A DNA stretch of 61,436 bases, taken from Tubiluchus corallicola (Eukaryota; Animalia; Priapulida). A program made the position numbers and the translations under genes. Shown one piece after another: positions 1 through 10,946 of the stretch. The DNA lies in NCBI GenBank assembly GCA_030141605.1, contig JAQGDQ010001119.1:1-61436 (forward strand), in the 5' to 3' direction. Position 1 is the stretch's first letter, and the number at the start of each line of letters is the position of its first letter. Under the pieces are notes generated by a model, which worked only from the letters and a program-made list of their open reading frames with translations, searched no databases and was not told the origin of the DNA.

Positions 1-211
1 AGACGTATTGTCAATGATGCTGTACTTGAAAAACCCAATGACACGTAAAAGATCACATTAAAAATCACGTTAAATTAATTCAAAATCACATGAGAAAATC
101 GCTAATAAGAATGGCTTTATCCTAATAGAAAAAGTATTAGCGTAGTATCATGGGCTTAGAAAAACTTCTGACCAGATAAACTAGTTGAACTACATTCATA
201 AAACTTTCATC

Positions 212-1796
212 ATTGTTTTCCAGTTGCTATTGGTGTTGTAAACTACAATCTTGCTTGATTGCTTTCCTGTTGCTATTGGTGTTGTAAACTACAATCTTGC
301 TTGATTGCTTTCCTGTTGCTATTGGAGTTGTAAACTACAATCTTGCTTGATTGCTTTCCTGTTGCTACTGGCGTTGTAAACTACACTCTTGCTTGATTGT
401 TTTCCAGTTGCTATTAGCATTGTAAACTACAATCTTGCTTGATTGTTTTCCAGTTGCTATTGGTGTTGTAAACTACAATCTTGCTTGATTGTTTTCCAGT
501 TGCTATTGGTGTTGTAAACTACAATCTTGCTTGATTGTTTTCCAGTTGCTATTGGCATTGTAAACGACACTCTTGCTTGATTGTTTTCCAGTTGCTACTG
601 GCATTGTAAACTACAATCTTGCGTGATTGTTTTCCAGTTGCTATTGGCATTGTAAACTACAATCTTGCTTGATTGTTTTCCAGTTGCTACTGGCATTGTA
701 AACTACAATCTTGCTTGATTGTTTTCCAGTTGCTATTGGTGTTGTAAACTACAATCTTGCTTGATTGTTTTCCAGTTGCTATTGGCATTGTAAACTACAA
801 TCTTGCTTGATTGTTTTCCAGTTGCTATTGGTGTTGTAAACTACAATCTTGCTTGATTGTTTTCCTGTTGCTATTGGTGTTGTAAACTACAATCTTGCTT
901 GATTGTTTTCCAGTTGCTATTGGCGTTGTAAACTACAATCTTGCGTGATTGTTTTCCACTTGCTACTGGCATTGTAAACTACAATCTTGCTTGATCGTTT
1001 TCCAGTTGCTATTGGCGTTGTAAACTACAATCTTGCTTAATTGTTTTCCAGTTGCTACTGGTGTTGTAAACTACAATCTTGCTTGATTGTTTTCCAGTTG
1101 CTACTGGCGTTGTAAACTACGATCTTGCTTGATTGTTTTCCAGTTGCTACTGGCATTGTAAACTACAATCTTGCTTGATTGTTTTCCAGTTGCTATTGGT
1201 GTTGTAAACTACAATCTTGCTTAATTGTTTTCCAGTTGCTACTGGTGTTGTAAACTACAATCTTGCTTGATTGTTTTCCAGTTGCTACTGGCGTTGTAAA
1301 CTACGATCTTGCTTGATTGTTTTCCAGTTGCTATTGGCGTTGTAAACTACAATCTTGCTTAATTGTTTTCCAGTTGCTACTGGTGTTGTAAACTACAATC
1401 TTGCTTGATTGTTTTCCAGTTGCTACTGGTGTTGTAAACTACAATCTTGCTTGATTGTTTTCCAGTTGCTACTGGCGTTGTAAACTACGATCTTGCTTAA
1501 TTGTTTTTCAGTTGCTATTGGTGTTGTAAACTACACTCTTGCTTGATTGTTTTCCTGTTGCTACTGGCATTGTAAACTACACTCTTGCTCGATTGTTTTC
1601 CAGTTGCTATTGGTGTTGTAAACTACAATCTTGCTTGATTGTTTTCCAGTTGCTATTGGTGTTGTAGACTACGATCTTGCTTGATTGTTTTCCAGTTGCT
1701 ATTGGTGTTGTAGACTACGACCTTGCTTGATTGTCTTCCAGTTGCTACTGGTGTTGTAAACTACAATCTTGCTTAATTGTTTTTCAGTTGCTATTA
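212..1796 (+). repeat. 46-bp minisatellite (~34 copies) made of the PLA2G6 3' splice site plus the first ~8 exon bases
   Basis: Unit ttgctattggtgttgtaaactacaatcttgcttgattgttttccag, period 46 (224 to 270). The last copy runs directly into the exon at 1788. Confidence 0.95.
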
Positions 1797-1893
1797 GCGA
1801 TAGAGAAGGAAGCACAGTGCCCGTTAATCGAGCTTTTTGACTGGATTTGCGGCACAAGTACAGGAGGAATTTTGGCTGTCGGTTTAGCTTCTG
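1788..1893 (+). CDS. PLA2G6: iPLA2-beta (calcium-independent phospholipase A2, group VI) exon with catalytic GTSTG motif
   Basis: Flanked by tttttcag| and |gtaag. Translates LLLAIEKEAQCPLIELFDWICGTSTGGILAVGLAS(G), the patatin GxSxG lipase motif. Not in the ORF track. Confidence 0.9.
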
Positions 1894-2011
1894 GTAAGAA
1901 TTAATTAACCATCAATTTTTGGCCGGTTTGTGTATTTTTCTGGCTGTCTATGGCTTAAGCGTCGCCTACTGTCATGGACTTCTTTGAAATTTCAGTAGTT
2001 TTCTATTCCAG

Positions 2012-2162
2012 GAAAGACGGTGCGAGAATGTCAGTCGTTCTACTTGAAGTTGAAGGATGATGTCTTTTGTGGAAAGCGACCCTACCCTTCTGAACCATTA
2101 GAGCAGGCTCTGCGCACGGAATTGGGTGAGAACACTCGCATGTGCGACATCAGCAGAGTTAA
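2012..2162 (+). CDS. PLA2G6: iPLA2-beta exon
   Basis: ttccag|GA...AA|gtacgt. (G)KTVRECQSFYLKLKDDVFCGKRPYPSEPLEQALRTELGENTRMCDISRV(K). Phases are compatible with both flanking exons. Confidence 0.9.
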
Positions 2163-3776
2163 GTACGTACCCGGTTACACACTCGCATGTGCGACATCGG
2201 CAGAGTTAAGTACGTACCCAGTTACACACTTGCATGTGCGACATCGGCAGAGTTAAGTACGTACCCAGTTACACACTTGCATGTGCGACATCGGCAGAGT
2301 TAAGTACGTACCCGGTTACACACTCGCATGTGCGACATCGGCAGAGTTAAGTACATACCCGGTTACACACTTGCAAGTGCGACATCGGCAGAGTTAAGTA
2401 CGTACCCGGTTACACAGTCGCACGTGCGACATCGGCAGAGTTAAGTACATACCCAGTTACACACTTGCAAGTGCGACATCGGCAGAGTTAAGTACGTACC
2501 GAGTTACACACTCGCACGTGCGACATCGGCAGAGTTAAGTATGTACCCAGTTACACACTTGCAAGTGCGACATCGGCAGAGTTAAGTACGTACCTAGTTA
2601 TACACTCGCACGTGCGACATCGGCTGAGTTAAGTACGTACCCAGTTACACACTCGCATGTGCGACATCGGTAGAGTTAAGTACGTACCCAGTTACACACT
2701 CGCATGTGCGACATCGGCAGAGTTAAGTACGTACCCAGTTACACACTTGCATGTGCGACATCGGCAGAGTTAAGTACGTACCCGGTTACACACTCGCATA
2801 TGCGACATCGGTAGAGTTAAGTACGTATCCAGTTACACACTCGCATGTGCGGCATCGGCAGAGATAAGTACGTACCCAGTTACACACTCGCATGTGCGAC
2901 ATCGGCAGAGTTAAGTACGTATCCAGTTACACACTTGCAAGTGCGACATCGGCAGAGTTAAGTACGTACCCAGTTACACACTTGCAAGTGCGACATCGGC
3001 AGAGTTAAGTACGTACCGAGTTACACACTCGCACGTGCGACATCGGTAGAGTTAAGTATGTACCCAGTTACACACTTGCAAGTGCGACATCGGCAGAGTT
3101 AAGTACGTACCCAGTTATACACTCGCACGTGCGACATCGGCTGAGTTAAGTACGTACCCAGTTACACACTCGCATGTGCGACATCGGTAGAGTTAAGTAC
3201 GTACCCAGTTACACACTCGCATGTGCGACATCGGCAGAGTTAAGTACGTACCCAGTTACACACTTGCATGTGCGACATAAGCAGAGTTAAGTATGTACCC
3301 GGTTACACACTCGCATATGCGACATCGGTAGAGTTAAGTACGTATCCAGTTACACACTCGCATGTGCGGCATCGGCAGAGATAAGTACGTACCCAGTTAC
3401 ACACTCGCATGTGCGACATCGGCAGAGTTAAGTACGTATCCAGTTACACACTTGCAAGTGCGACATCGGCAGAGTTAAGTACGTACCCAGTTACACACTC
3501 GCATGTGCAACATCGGCAGAGTTAAGTACGTACCCAGTTACACACTCGCATGTGCGACATCGGCAGAGTTAAGTACGTACCCAGTTACACACTCGCATGT
3601 GCGACATCGGCAGAGTTAAGTACATACCCGGTTACACACTTGCAAGTGCGACATCGGCAGAGTTAAGTACGTACCCAGTTACACACTTGCAAGTGCGACA
3701 TCGGCAGTTTTAAGTACGTACCCAGTTACACACTTGCAAGTGCGACATCGGCAGAGTTAAGTACGTACCCAGTTAC
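2132..3776 (+). repeat. 47-bp minisatellite (~35 copies) made of the exon 3' end plus the 5' splice site
   Basis: Unit acacactcgcatgtgcgacatcggcagagttaa|gtacgtacccagtt, period 47 (2161 to 2208). The first copy overlaps the last ~31 nt of the exon. Confidence 0.95.
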
Positions 3777-5154
3777 TTGGTAGACGGCAACTGCATTTGG
3801 ACGATTTTTACATACTTTGCATACAGTCTGACATGCATTGACAATAATTTGCATTTGGACGATATTTTGCATACAGTGTGACAATCATAGATATCACGGA
3901 GCCTGCCACAAAAAAACCTGTACGGTTGCAGATGTAGCAGCCACCGAAAAAATAGTTATCATATAAGAAATGCAGTAAGTGATGTAAGCACGTGTTCAAA
4001 CACATGTAAGAACACAGTAAGTGATGTAAGTACGTGTTCAATCACATGATAAGAATCACAGTAAGAGATGTAAGTACATGTACAATCACATCATGAGAAA
4101 CATAGTAAGTGGTGTAAGTACGTGTTCAATCACATGTAAGAACACAGTAAGTGATGTAAGTACGTGTACTATCACATGATAAGAAACATAGTAAGTGATG
4201 TAAGTACGTGTTCAATCACATGATAAGAAACAGTAAGTGATGTAAGTAAATTTGCAATCACATGATGAGAAACATAGTAAGTGATGTAAGTACGTGTACA
4301 ATCACATGATAAGAAACATAGTAAGTGATGTAAGTACGTGTTCAATCACATGATAAGAATCACAGTAAGAGATGTAAGTACATGTACAATCACATCATGA
4401 GAAACATAGTAAGTGGTGTAAGTACGTGTTCAATCACATGTAAGAACACAGTAAGTGATGTAAGTACGTGTACTATCACATGATAAGAAACATAGTAAGT
4501 GATGTAAGTACGTGTTCAATCACATGATAAGAAACAGTAAGTGATGTAAGTAAATTTGCAATCACATGATGAGAAACATAGTAAGTGATGTAAGTACGTG
4601 TACAATCACATGATAAGAAACATAGTAAGTGATGTAAGTACGTGTTCAATCACATGATAAGAATCACAGTAAGAGATGTAAGTACATGTACAATCACATC
4701 ATGAGAAACATAGTAAGTGGTGTAAGTACGTGTTCAATCACATGTAAGAACACAGTAAGTGATGTAAGTACGTGTACTATCACATGATAAGAAACATAGT
4801 AAGTGATGTAAGTACGTGTTCAATCACATGATAAGAAACAGTAAGTGATGTAAGTAAATTTGCAATCACATGATGAGAAACATAGTAAGTGATGTAAGTA
4901 CGTGTACAATCACATGATAAGAAACATAGTAAGTGATGTAAGTACGTGTTCAATCACATGTAAGAACACAGTAAGTGATGTAAGTACGTGTACAATCACA
5001 TGATAAGAAACATAGTAAGCGATGTAAGTACGTGTTCAATCACATGTAAGAACACAGTAAGTGATGTAAGTACGTGTACAATCACATGATAAGAAACATA
5101 GTAAGTGATGTAAGTACGTGTTCAATCTCATGTAAGAACACAGTAAGTGATGTA

Positions 5155-5962
5155 CCGTATATACTCACGTATAAGCCGAATTTAGAACTATAAAATACAA
5201 TACTGAAATCAGGGGGTCGACTTATATGCGCATGAAACAAAATGAACACAAGGACAGACACTAATGCCAATTTTCCAGCCACACATTTTCATCGCTATCT
5301 GACTCTTTATTTGGTTGTGTATCACCAGTGGTGTATTGGAGGGGGATCGTGGGGGATCGCCGTCCACCCACTTTTTTTTTAGAAAAAATTCACATTTCAA
5401 TAAATGTCTGCTTTTTGTATTCATTAGATAAAAAATATTAAAAATGTATACGGGTTTAATATTAAATCTACTTGTTTTCATTTTTCCAAAAAGGGTTTTA
5501 AATAATGTCAATTTCTTTCAAATTTGTGAATGTAAAATGGTAAGTCTTGAGACTAGCCGTCCACCTACTTTTTATTTAGCAATACACCACTGTGTGTCAC
5601 CAGTTGCGAGCCGTAACCAAGCTACAGCTAGTGGTGAAGCCGACGTCATCAGCCAATTGGTAGGCAGCGCGTGGGGAGACGAGGGTCACGTGGCTTATAG
5701 AGGAACATATTGGTGTACACGTTTTCTGAACAGACACTCTATAAGTTTGAGACAGAGAACGAAAATTGCCATCACAATATGAACATAAACTTTTGCATTT
5801 CAAAAGTATGTTATTGATCAAAGAAAGGCTGGTGACTTCCCTCCCTGCAGAATTGGCAACATGGATGAGACAAGTTGATGGTCAGCTTATATACGGGTTT
5901 TTGCAAAAACTGGCCATTTTAAAGCAGTTTTAGGGGGTCGGCTTATATGCGAGTATATACGG
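5155..5962. mobile_element. Non-autonomous Tc1/mariner-superfamily (pogo/Tigger-like) MITE
   Basis: TIRs CCGTATATACTCACGTATAAGCCGA ... TCGGCTTATATGCGAGTATATACGG. TA duplication at 5153-5154 and 5963-5964. The minisatellite resumes in register after the element. Confidence 0.88.
5326..5592. mobile_element. hAT-like MITE nested in the pogo-like MITE
   Basis: 13-bp TIR CAGTGGTGTATTG...CAATACACCACTG. 8-bp TSD tgtatcac/tgtgtcac (one mismatch). Confidence 0.75.
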
Positions 5963-6657
5963 TAAGTACATGTACAATCACATGATGAGAAACATAGTAA
6001 GTAATGTAAGTACGTGTTCAATCACATGATAAGAAACACAGTAAGTGATGTAAGTATGTGTACTATCCCATGATAAGAAACATAGTAAGTGATGTAAGTA
6101 CGTGTTCAATCACATTATGAGAAATGCAATAAGCGATGCAAATACGTGTACAATCACATGATAAGAAACATAGTAAATGATGTAAGTACGTGTACAATCA
6201 CATGATAAGAAACATAGTAAGTGATGTAAGTACATGTACAATCACATGTAAGAAACATAGTAAATGATGTAAGTACGTGTACAATCACATGATAAGAAAC
6301 ATTATAAGTGATGTAAGTACGTGTACAGTCACATGATAAGAAACATAGTAAGTAATGTAAGTACGTGTACAATCACATGAGAAACATAGTAAGTGATGTA
6401 AGTATGTGTACAATCACATGATAAGAAACACATTAAGTGATGTAAGTACGTGTACAATCACGTGATAAGAAACACATTAAGTGATGTAAGTACGTGTACA
6501 ATCACATGATAAGAAACACAGTAAGTGACATAAGTACATGTACAATCACATGATGCAAGTATTACTGTATGATTTACAAACAGGCACTTATTCAGTGAGT
6601 CTGGGACAATCCTGGTTACAACCAAGTCTTGATTCGATTCGGTTTTTTGTTTCACAG

Positions 6658-6782
6658 GTTGTTTGTTACCGGAGTGGTGGCCGACCGACATCCCGCCGAC
6701 TTGCACCTCTTTCGGAATTATGAGGTGCCCGGTGAACCGGCAACTGTGGCCGGCGAATTTCGGCCAATGCCCAATTTTAAAG
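6658..6782 (+). CDS. PLA2G6: iPLA2-beta exon
   Basis: tttcacag|G...G|gtcagt. LFVTGVVADRHPADLHLFRNYEVPGEPATVAGEFRPMPNFK contains the conserved LHLFRNY motif. Confidence 0.9.
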
Positions 6783-7635
6783 GTCAGTTTCCCCTTTAGC
6801 TTGTAGTGTGGGTTGGTGGGAGGGAGAGGTCGCAAAATTTGGCGTTAAAATGTGACGCTGTTGGTGCTAATGCTTGGTTGCACTGGTCTCAGTTTTGCAC
6901 TCACTGTATGTTAGTCACTGTGACCAGCTTGGGATAATTAGCTGCGTGGTCACGGCCTGTGTTCAGCTATAAAGTTACATAATGCCTGAATGAGTAAATA
7001 TTTAACGAAAGTGCACATGGTCTTGTATAGCTAAGACACTTTTGCGGGTTTTTTATTTCATTTTTGTACATTAATTGCACTGTTTTCCGTTACTAGTGCA
7101 TGTTTAGTACAGAATTGTGCAATATGTACTGTTTTAATGCTTCAAGTTAGGTGAAAATGTTGTTGATAAAATAAAAAAAGTAAAAAAATCATTGTTAAAG
7201 GAAACGGTGCATCGTTAAGTGGGAAGAAGGAGAAAATGTTCGGCGTCGTTAAAACGAAACTTCGCTAAACGGGCGTTTAGAGCATAATGGTGTTTCTAAG
7301 AACCGTCATTGTTACGAGCAATTCGTTAATTATGCAATATGTTTATTTGTAAAAATTTGACTAGATTAAATAAACATTTCTGCTACTTAGTACATAATTT
7401 AATACGAAATCTATTTTTAATTCTATAATGTTTTTTTTTGTATAAAAACACCTAAAAAATGTCACTCACCTGTAAGTGAACTTGTATTTTTAATGAGAGG
7501 CAGCTGATCAAGTGACCGATAGGTCTTTCGCTGCTTCTTCTCACTTGCAATGAAATGTAAAATCAGTTATGTCGAATTTTAACTGCTATTGAGTAAATAA
7601 AGCTGACTTGAATTGAGTTGAGTTGAATTATTTAG

Positions 7636-7790
7636 ACCAGCTGGTTTGGAGGGCGGCCCGAGCTTCGGGGGCGGCTCCGACGTTCTTTAAGCCTCTCGGG
7701 AGGATGTTAGACGGAGGCATCATAGCTAATAACCCGACGTTGGATATGTTGACCGAGGTCCATCAGTACAATACGGCCTGCAAAGTCGCG
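7636..7790 (+). CDS. PLA2G6: iPLA2-beta exon with catalytic-Asp DGG motif
   Basis: tttag|AC...GCG|gtaatt. [52 protein letters not shown]. Confidence 0.92.
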
Positions 7791-7900
7791 GTAATTAGAC
7801 ATAAAGCAAAACCGGACGATTGTGTAGACATTAGTTCAGAATAAAGTATGCTCTAAAATATTGAAAACTACAATAGCTTTTTTTAAATCAAAGCTTAGAT

Positions 7901-8796
7901 CAGAGGTGTGCAAATTATCTGACTAGCCAGGCCACATTGAACTTTCCCGCAATTCCTGTGGGCCACAGGCAGTTTGATCAAGGAGCCAAGTACAGAAATG
8001 CCTAATAACGATTTCTTTGCATCCGACCTGCGTACATCATTATTATTGCACTCAATAAACTATTTTAGAAGCAGCGGCGGATTATGATTTTATGGGCCTT
8101 AGGCTTGAGCTTGGAACGGGCCTTTTAAATGTTGCTACACTGCTGAGCTGACGTGTTTTTGTGGAGCTCTCGTCGAGCCCTTTGTGGTGCCCCCAGAAAA
8201 ATTCGGAAACTGAAATTTTGAACTTAAACTTAAATTGTGTAAACTTGAATTGTGTAAACTTGAATTGTGTAAACTTGATTTGTGTAAACCCGATTTGAAA
8301 TATAGTGACTGACTTCTGAAAAAAAAAACTTTTTTCTATATTTTATTTTGGCGGGCCATTTCTCTTTTGTCAATTTTTTTTACCAAAAAAAATTCTTTTT
8401 CGTTTTATTTTGCCGGGCCCCTTTTGATCCCGGCCTTAGGCTTCAGCCTATTCATCCTATAGGGCTATCCGCTACAGTTTAGAAGTTATTAAAATTTATA
8501 TTACAAACCATATATTTCTACTTTCAGGACAGATAGTGGTAATTTCATTACAATGCATATTAGTAATGTGTATCACACAGTCTGTGTAGTACGGCGACAT
8601 TAAGCTACAACTGTCTTGTAAGGGTTAATGGCATCCGATCTAGTAGAAAAAACTACCCGCACTATCTTTGGGATCGTGGCACGGAGTACAGCTGGATACA
8701 CTCAATTAATCGCCCGGGCCACACTTTCATTAGGTTGACAAATCTCTTCGCGGGCCACACAAATTCTCTCGGCGGGCCGCAATTTGCACACGCCTG
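7901..8796. mobile_element. hAT-like non-autonomous element
   Basis: TIR CAGAGGTGTGCAAATT...AATTTGCACACGCCTG. Perfect 8-bp TSD gcttagat at 7893-7900 and 8797-8804. Confidence 0.85.
8072..8477. mobile_element. Second hAT-like MITE nested within 7901..8796
   Basis: Perfect 8-bp TSD tttagaag at 8064-8071 and 8478-8485. Imperfect TIR cagcggcggat/atccgctacag. Internal 15-bp repeats aaacttgaattgtgt. Confidence 0.7.
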
Positions 8797-9335
8797 GCTT
8801 AGATTAAATAATAATTACCTCGGATACTCACATTTTGTTAAACTTTCGAAGTTACTTTCAGTGAATCTACTAAGATTGGCAACGGCACCTTTTTGTCACG
8901 TTCGCGTGGCCGAAAAATAGCAGACGGTACTGTGATAGCCATGATCATAAACTGCTGTGTTAGTTTCTGACATCATATGATGTGGAGCCCATTTTTCGCG
9001 ACGTCACTCCCCCTGCGTTTAAACAGTGCCGTAATACTTATGCAAATGTGCTTGATGCGCAAGGGAAGACGCCTGCTATTGGACAAACTGTGGTTAGCTT
9101 CTGACGTGTTCTTTGCCGTTAATTAACTTGCTAAGCAAATTATTCAAATATTAGGAACAATTGTTAACTTTTATTGGCAAGAAAACGTATATTTTGGACA
9201 GTAAATTAAAATGAGATTGAGTCTAAACAATCGTCCGGTTTTCTTTTAAGTTTTAGGTAATTATTTTAAGTAACTGCATTTAAAGTTTCAATAGAATGTG
9301 TCATGATTGTGGACATAATTGTTCTTGCAACTTAA

Positions 9336-9801
9336 CCCTTTCACTACGTAGTTGCTTTTTAACTGGGCCACGTCGACTTTTGCACATTTGACAGTAACTT
9401 CTTGTGGTGTGTTACTAAAACAGAATCTTGTAAATAAACAAATAGTTGTTCGTTATTGACTATTAATATTAAATATTAGTTTTATTTCTACACTTGCATG
9501 CGCATGCACACACACACACACATGCACGCACGCACACACACGCACACACACACACACACACGCACACACACACACGTGCACACCTCCACAAATAAGCATG
9601 TACTTAGAAGCCAGTTTTCACAAAAGACACAATACTAATCAATAATATACAATCATTTTCTACAATGTTCTGCATGTGTAGCAGTGAAATAAACAGACCT
9701 GGGTAACTGAGCTTAGTGCTGAGCTTAGGCAGCAGTCTACCGCCTTCCGTCCCTTGCATGAAAACATAGGCGGCACTGTGCCGCCTTTCGTAGTGAAAGG
9801 G
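9336..9801. mobile_element. piggyBac-like MITE containing a (CA)n microsatellite
   Basis: TTAA|CCCTTTCACTACG...CGTAGTGAAAGGG|TTAA: 13-bp perfect TIR with TTAA TSD. Confidence 0.88.
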
Positions 9802-10244
9802 TTAAGATTACCTTATGGTCATAGTAATGACGATTTCAGGCATAGCCTGGAAGTTTTAAGTATGTTTAGACAATAGCTGCTTTTAAATGTACAATCACTT
9901 TTACGGATATTGGAAGAATCGGACAAAATCTGGTCCGTTAAAAAGTTCTGCATACTGCGGACACAGTCTGCTGTTTCGTGACCTGACCGCTAGTTGGTGG
10001 GTCGTCACTTTGTTTACATCATTACGTCAGTGTGGCCAAGCAACGTGTGAGAAGCTACTGTACGAACGTGATTGTTTCTTGATTGTAGTGCAGTGCACAA
10101 AAGTGAAGTAAGACGACATAAAAATAGCAAAAGCTCATTATGTCGCACAAAAGTGTCTTATTTGAGCATGTGCAGAAAAAGTATAGAATCATTTATGCGA
10201 AGTTATTTGAGTCAATTGCCGACAGTTTTTATACACTTTTGAAT

Positions 10245-10604
10245 AGGAGTGGCCCGTACTAAACGTTTTTGAGACAATTAAGCGATTGATTCTACATTAC
10301 CATGAGTCTAATATGTCGGGAGCGGCCCGTACTAAACGTTTTTGAGACAATTAGGCGATTGATTCTACATTATCGTGAGTCTAATATGTCAGGAGCGGCC
10401 CGTACTAGATGTTTTTGAGACAATTAGGCGATTGATTCTACATTACCGTGAGTCTAATATGTCAGGAGCGGCCCATACTAGACGTTTTTGAGACAATTAG
10501 ACGATTGATTCTACATTCCCGTGAATCTAATATGTCAGAAGCGGCCCGTACTAAACGTTTTTGAGACAATTAGGTGGTTGATTCTACATAACCATGAGTC
10601 TAAT
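10245..10604 (+). repeat. 73-bp tandem repeat, ~5 copies
   Basis: ggcccgtact recurs at 10251, 10324, 10397 and onward. Confidence 0.9.
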
Positions 10605-10769
10605 ACACAACACCTACTGTATTAGCTTAGCATTGGTAAAAACCGACGATCGGCAAGTTTGGACCGACTTTTGTCCGGATGTGAGTGTAGTTACAATTTT
10701 GTGACCTAAACACCGAATTTGTTTTTAACAGTTTTATACGTTGTTTGAAGCAATTGTCATTCTGTTTAG

Positions 10770-10946
10770 GGACGAGAAAAAGATGCTGCGCCGTTGACGT
10801 GTGTTGTGTCCCTCGGGACAGGACGGATTCCAGTGACGACGGTCAGCAATATTGACATCACTCTGCCTTCAACGCTGTGGGACATAAGAAACGTTGCTAG
10901 CATGGCGTTCGGTGCACAAAATCTCGGTACCCTCATCATCGATCAG
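10770..10946 (+). CDS. PLA2G6: iPLA2-beta exon (last one recognisable in this arm)
   Basis: tttag|GGA...CAG|gtagga. GREKDAAPLTCVVSLGTGRIPVTTVSNIDITLPSTLWDIRNVASMAFGAQNLGTLIIDQ contains the conserved VVSLGTG motif. Confidence 0.9.

Larger units (their letters stand above)
3960..6556 (+). repeat. ~42-44-bp minisatellite with a 304-bp higher-order repeat, interrupted by a MITE
   Basis: Unit aagaaacatagtaagtgatgtaagtacgtgtacaatcacatgat. The diagnostic variant aagaatcac recurs at 4051, 4355 and 4659. Confidence 0.93.

Noticed and set aside
2020-2256. 78-aa standalone ORF (likewise 7623..7844, 10794..10997 and their mirrors)
   Set aside because: These are PLA2G6 exons read into flanking introns from non-ATG starts. 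Annotated as exons instead.
212-6556. CRISPR-like regular repeats
   Set aside because: Units are contiguous with no unique spacers, there are no cas genes, and the context is a eukaryotic intron.
3808-6835. Short ORFs such as MNTYLHHLL..., MYTYLHYLL... and 6458..6835
   Set aside because: Translations of satellite or MITE sequence, or antisense to an exon. No protein features.
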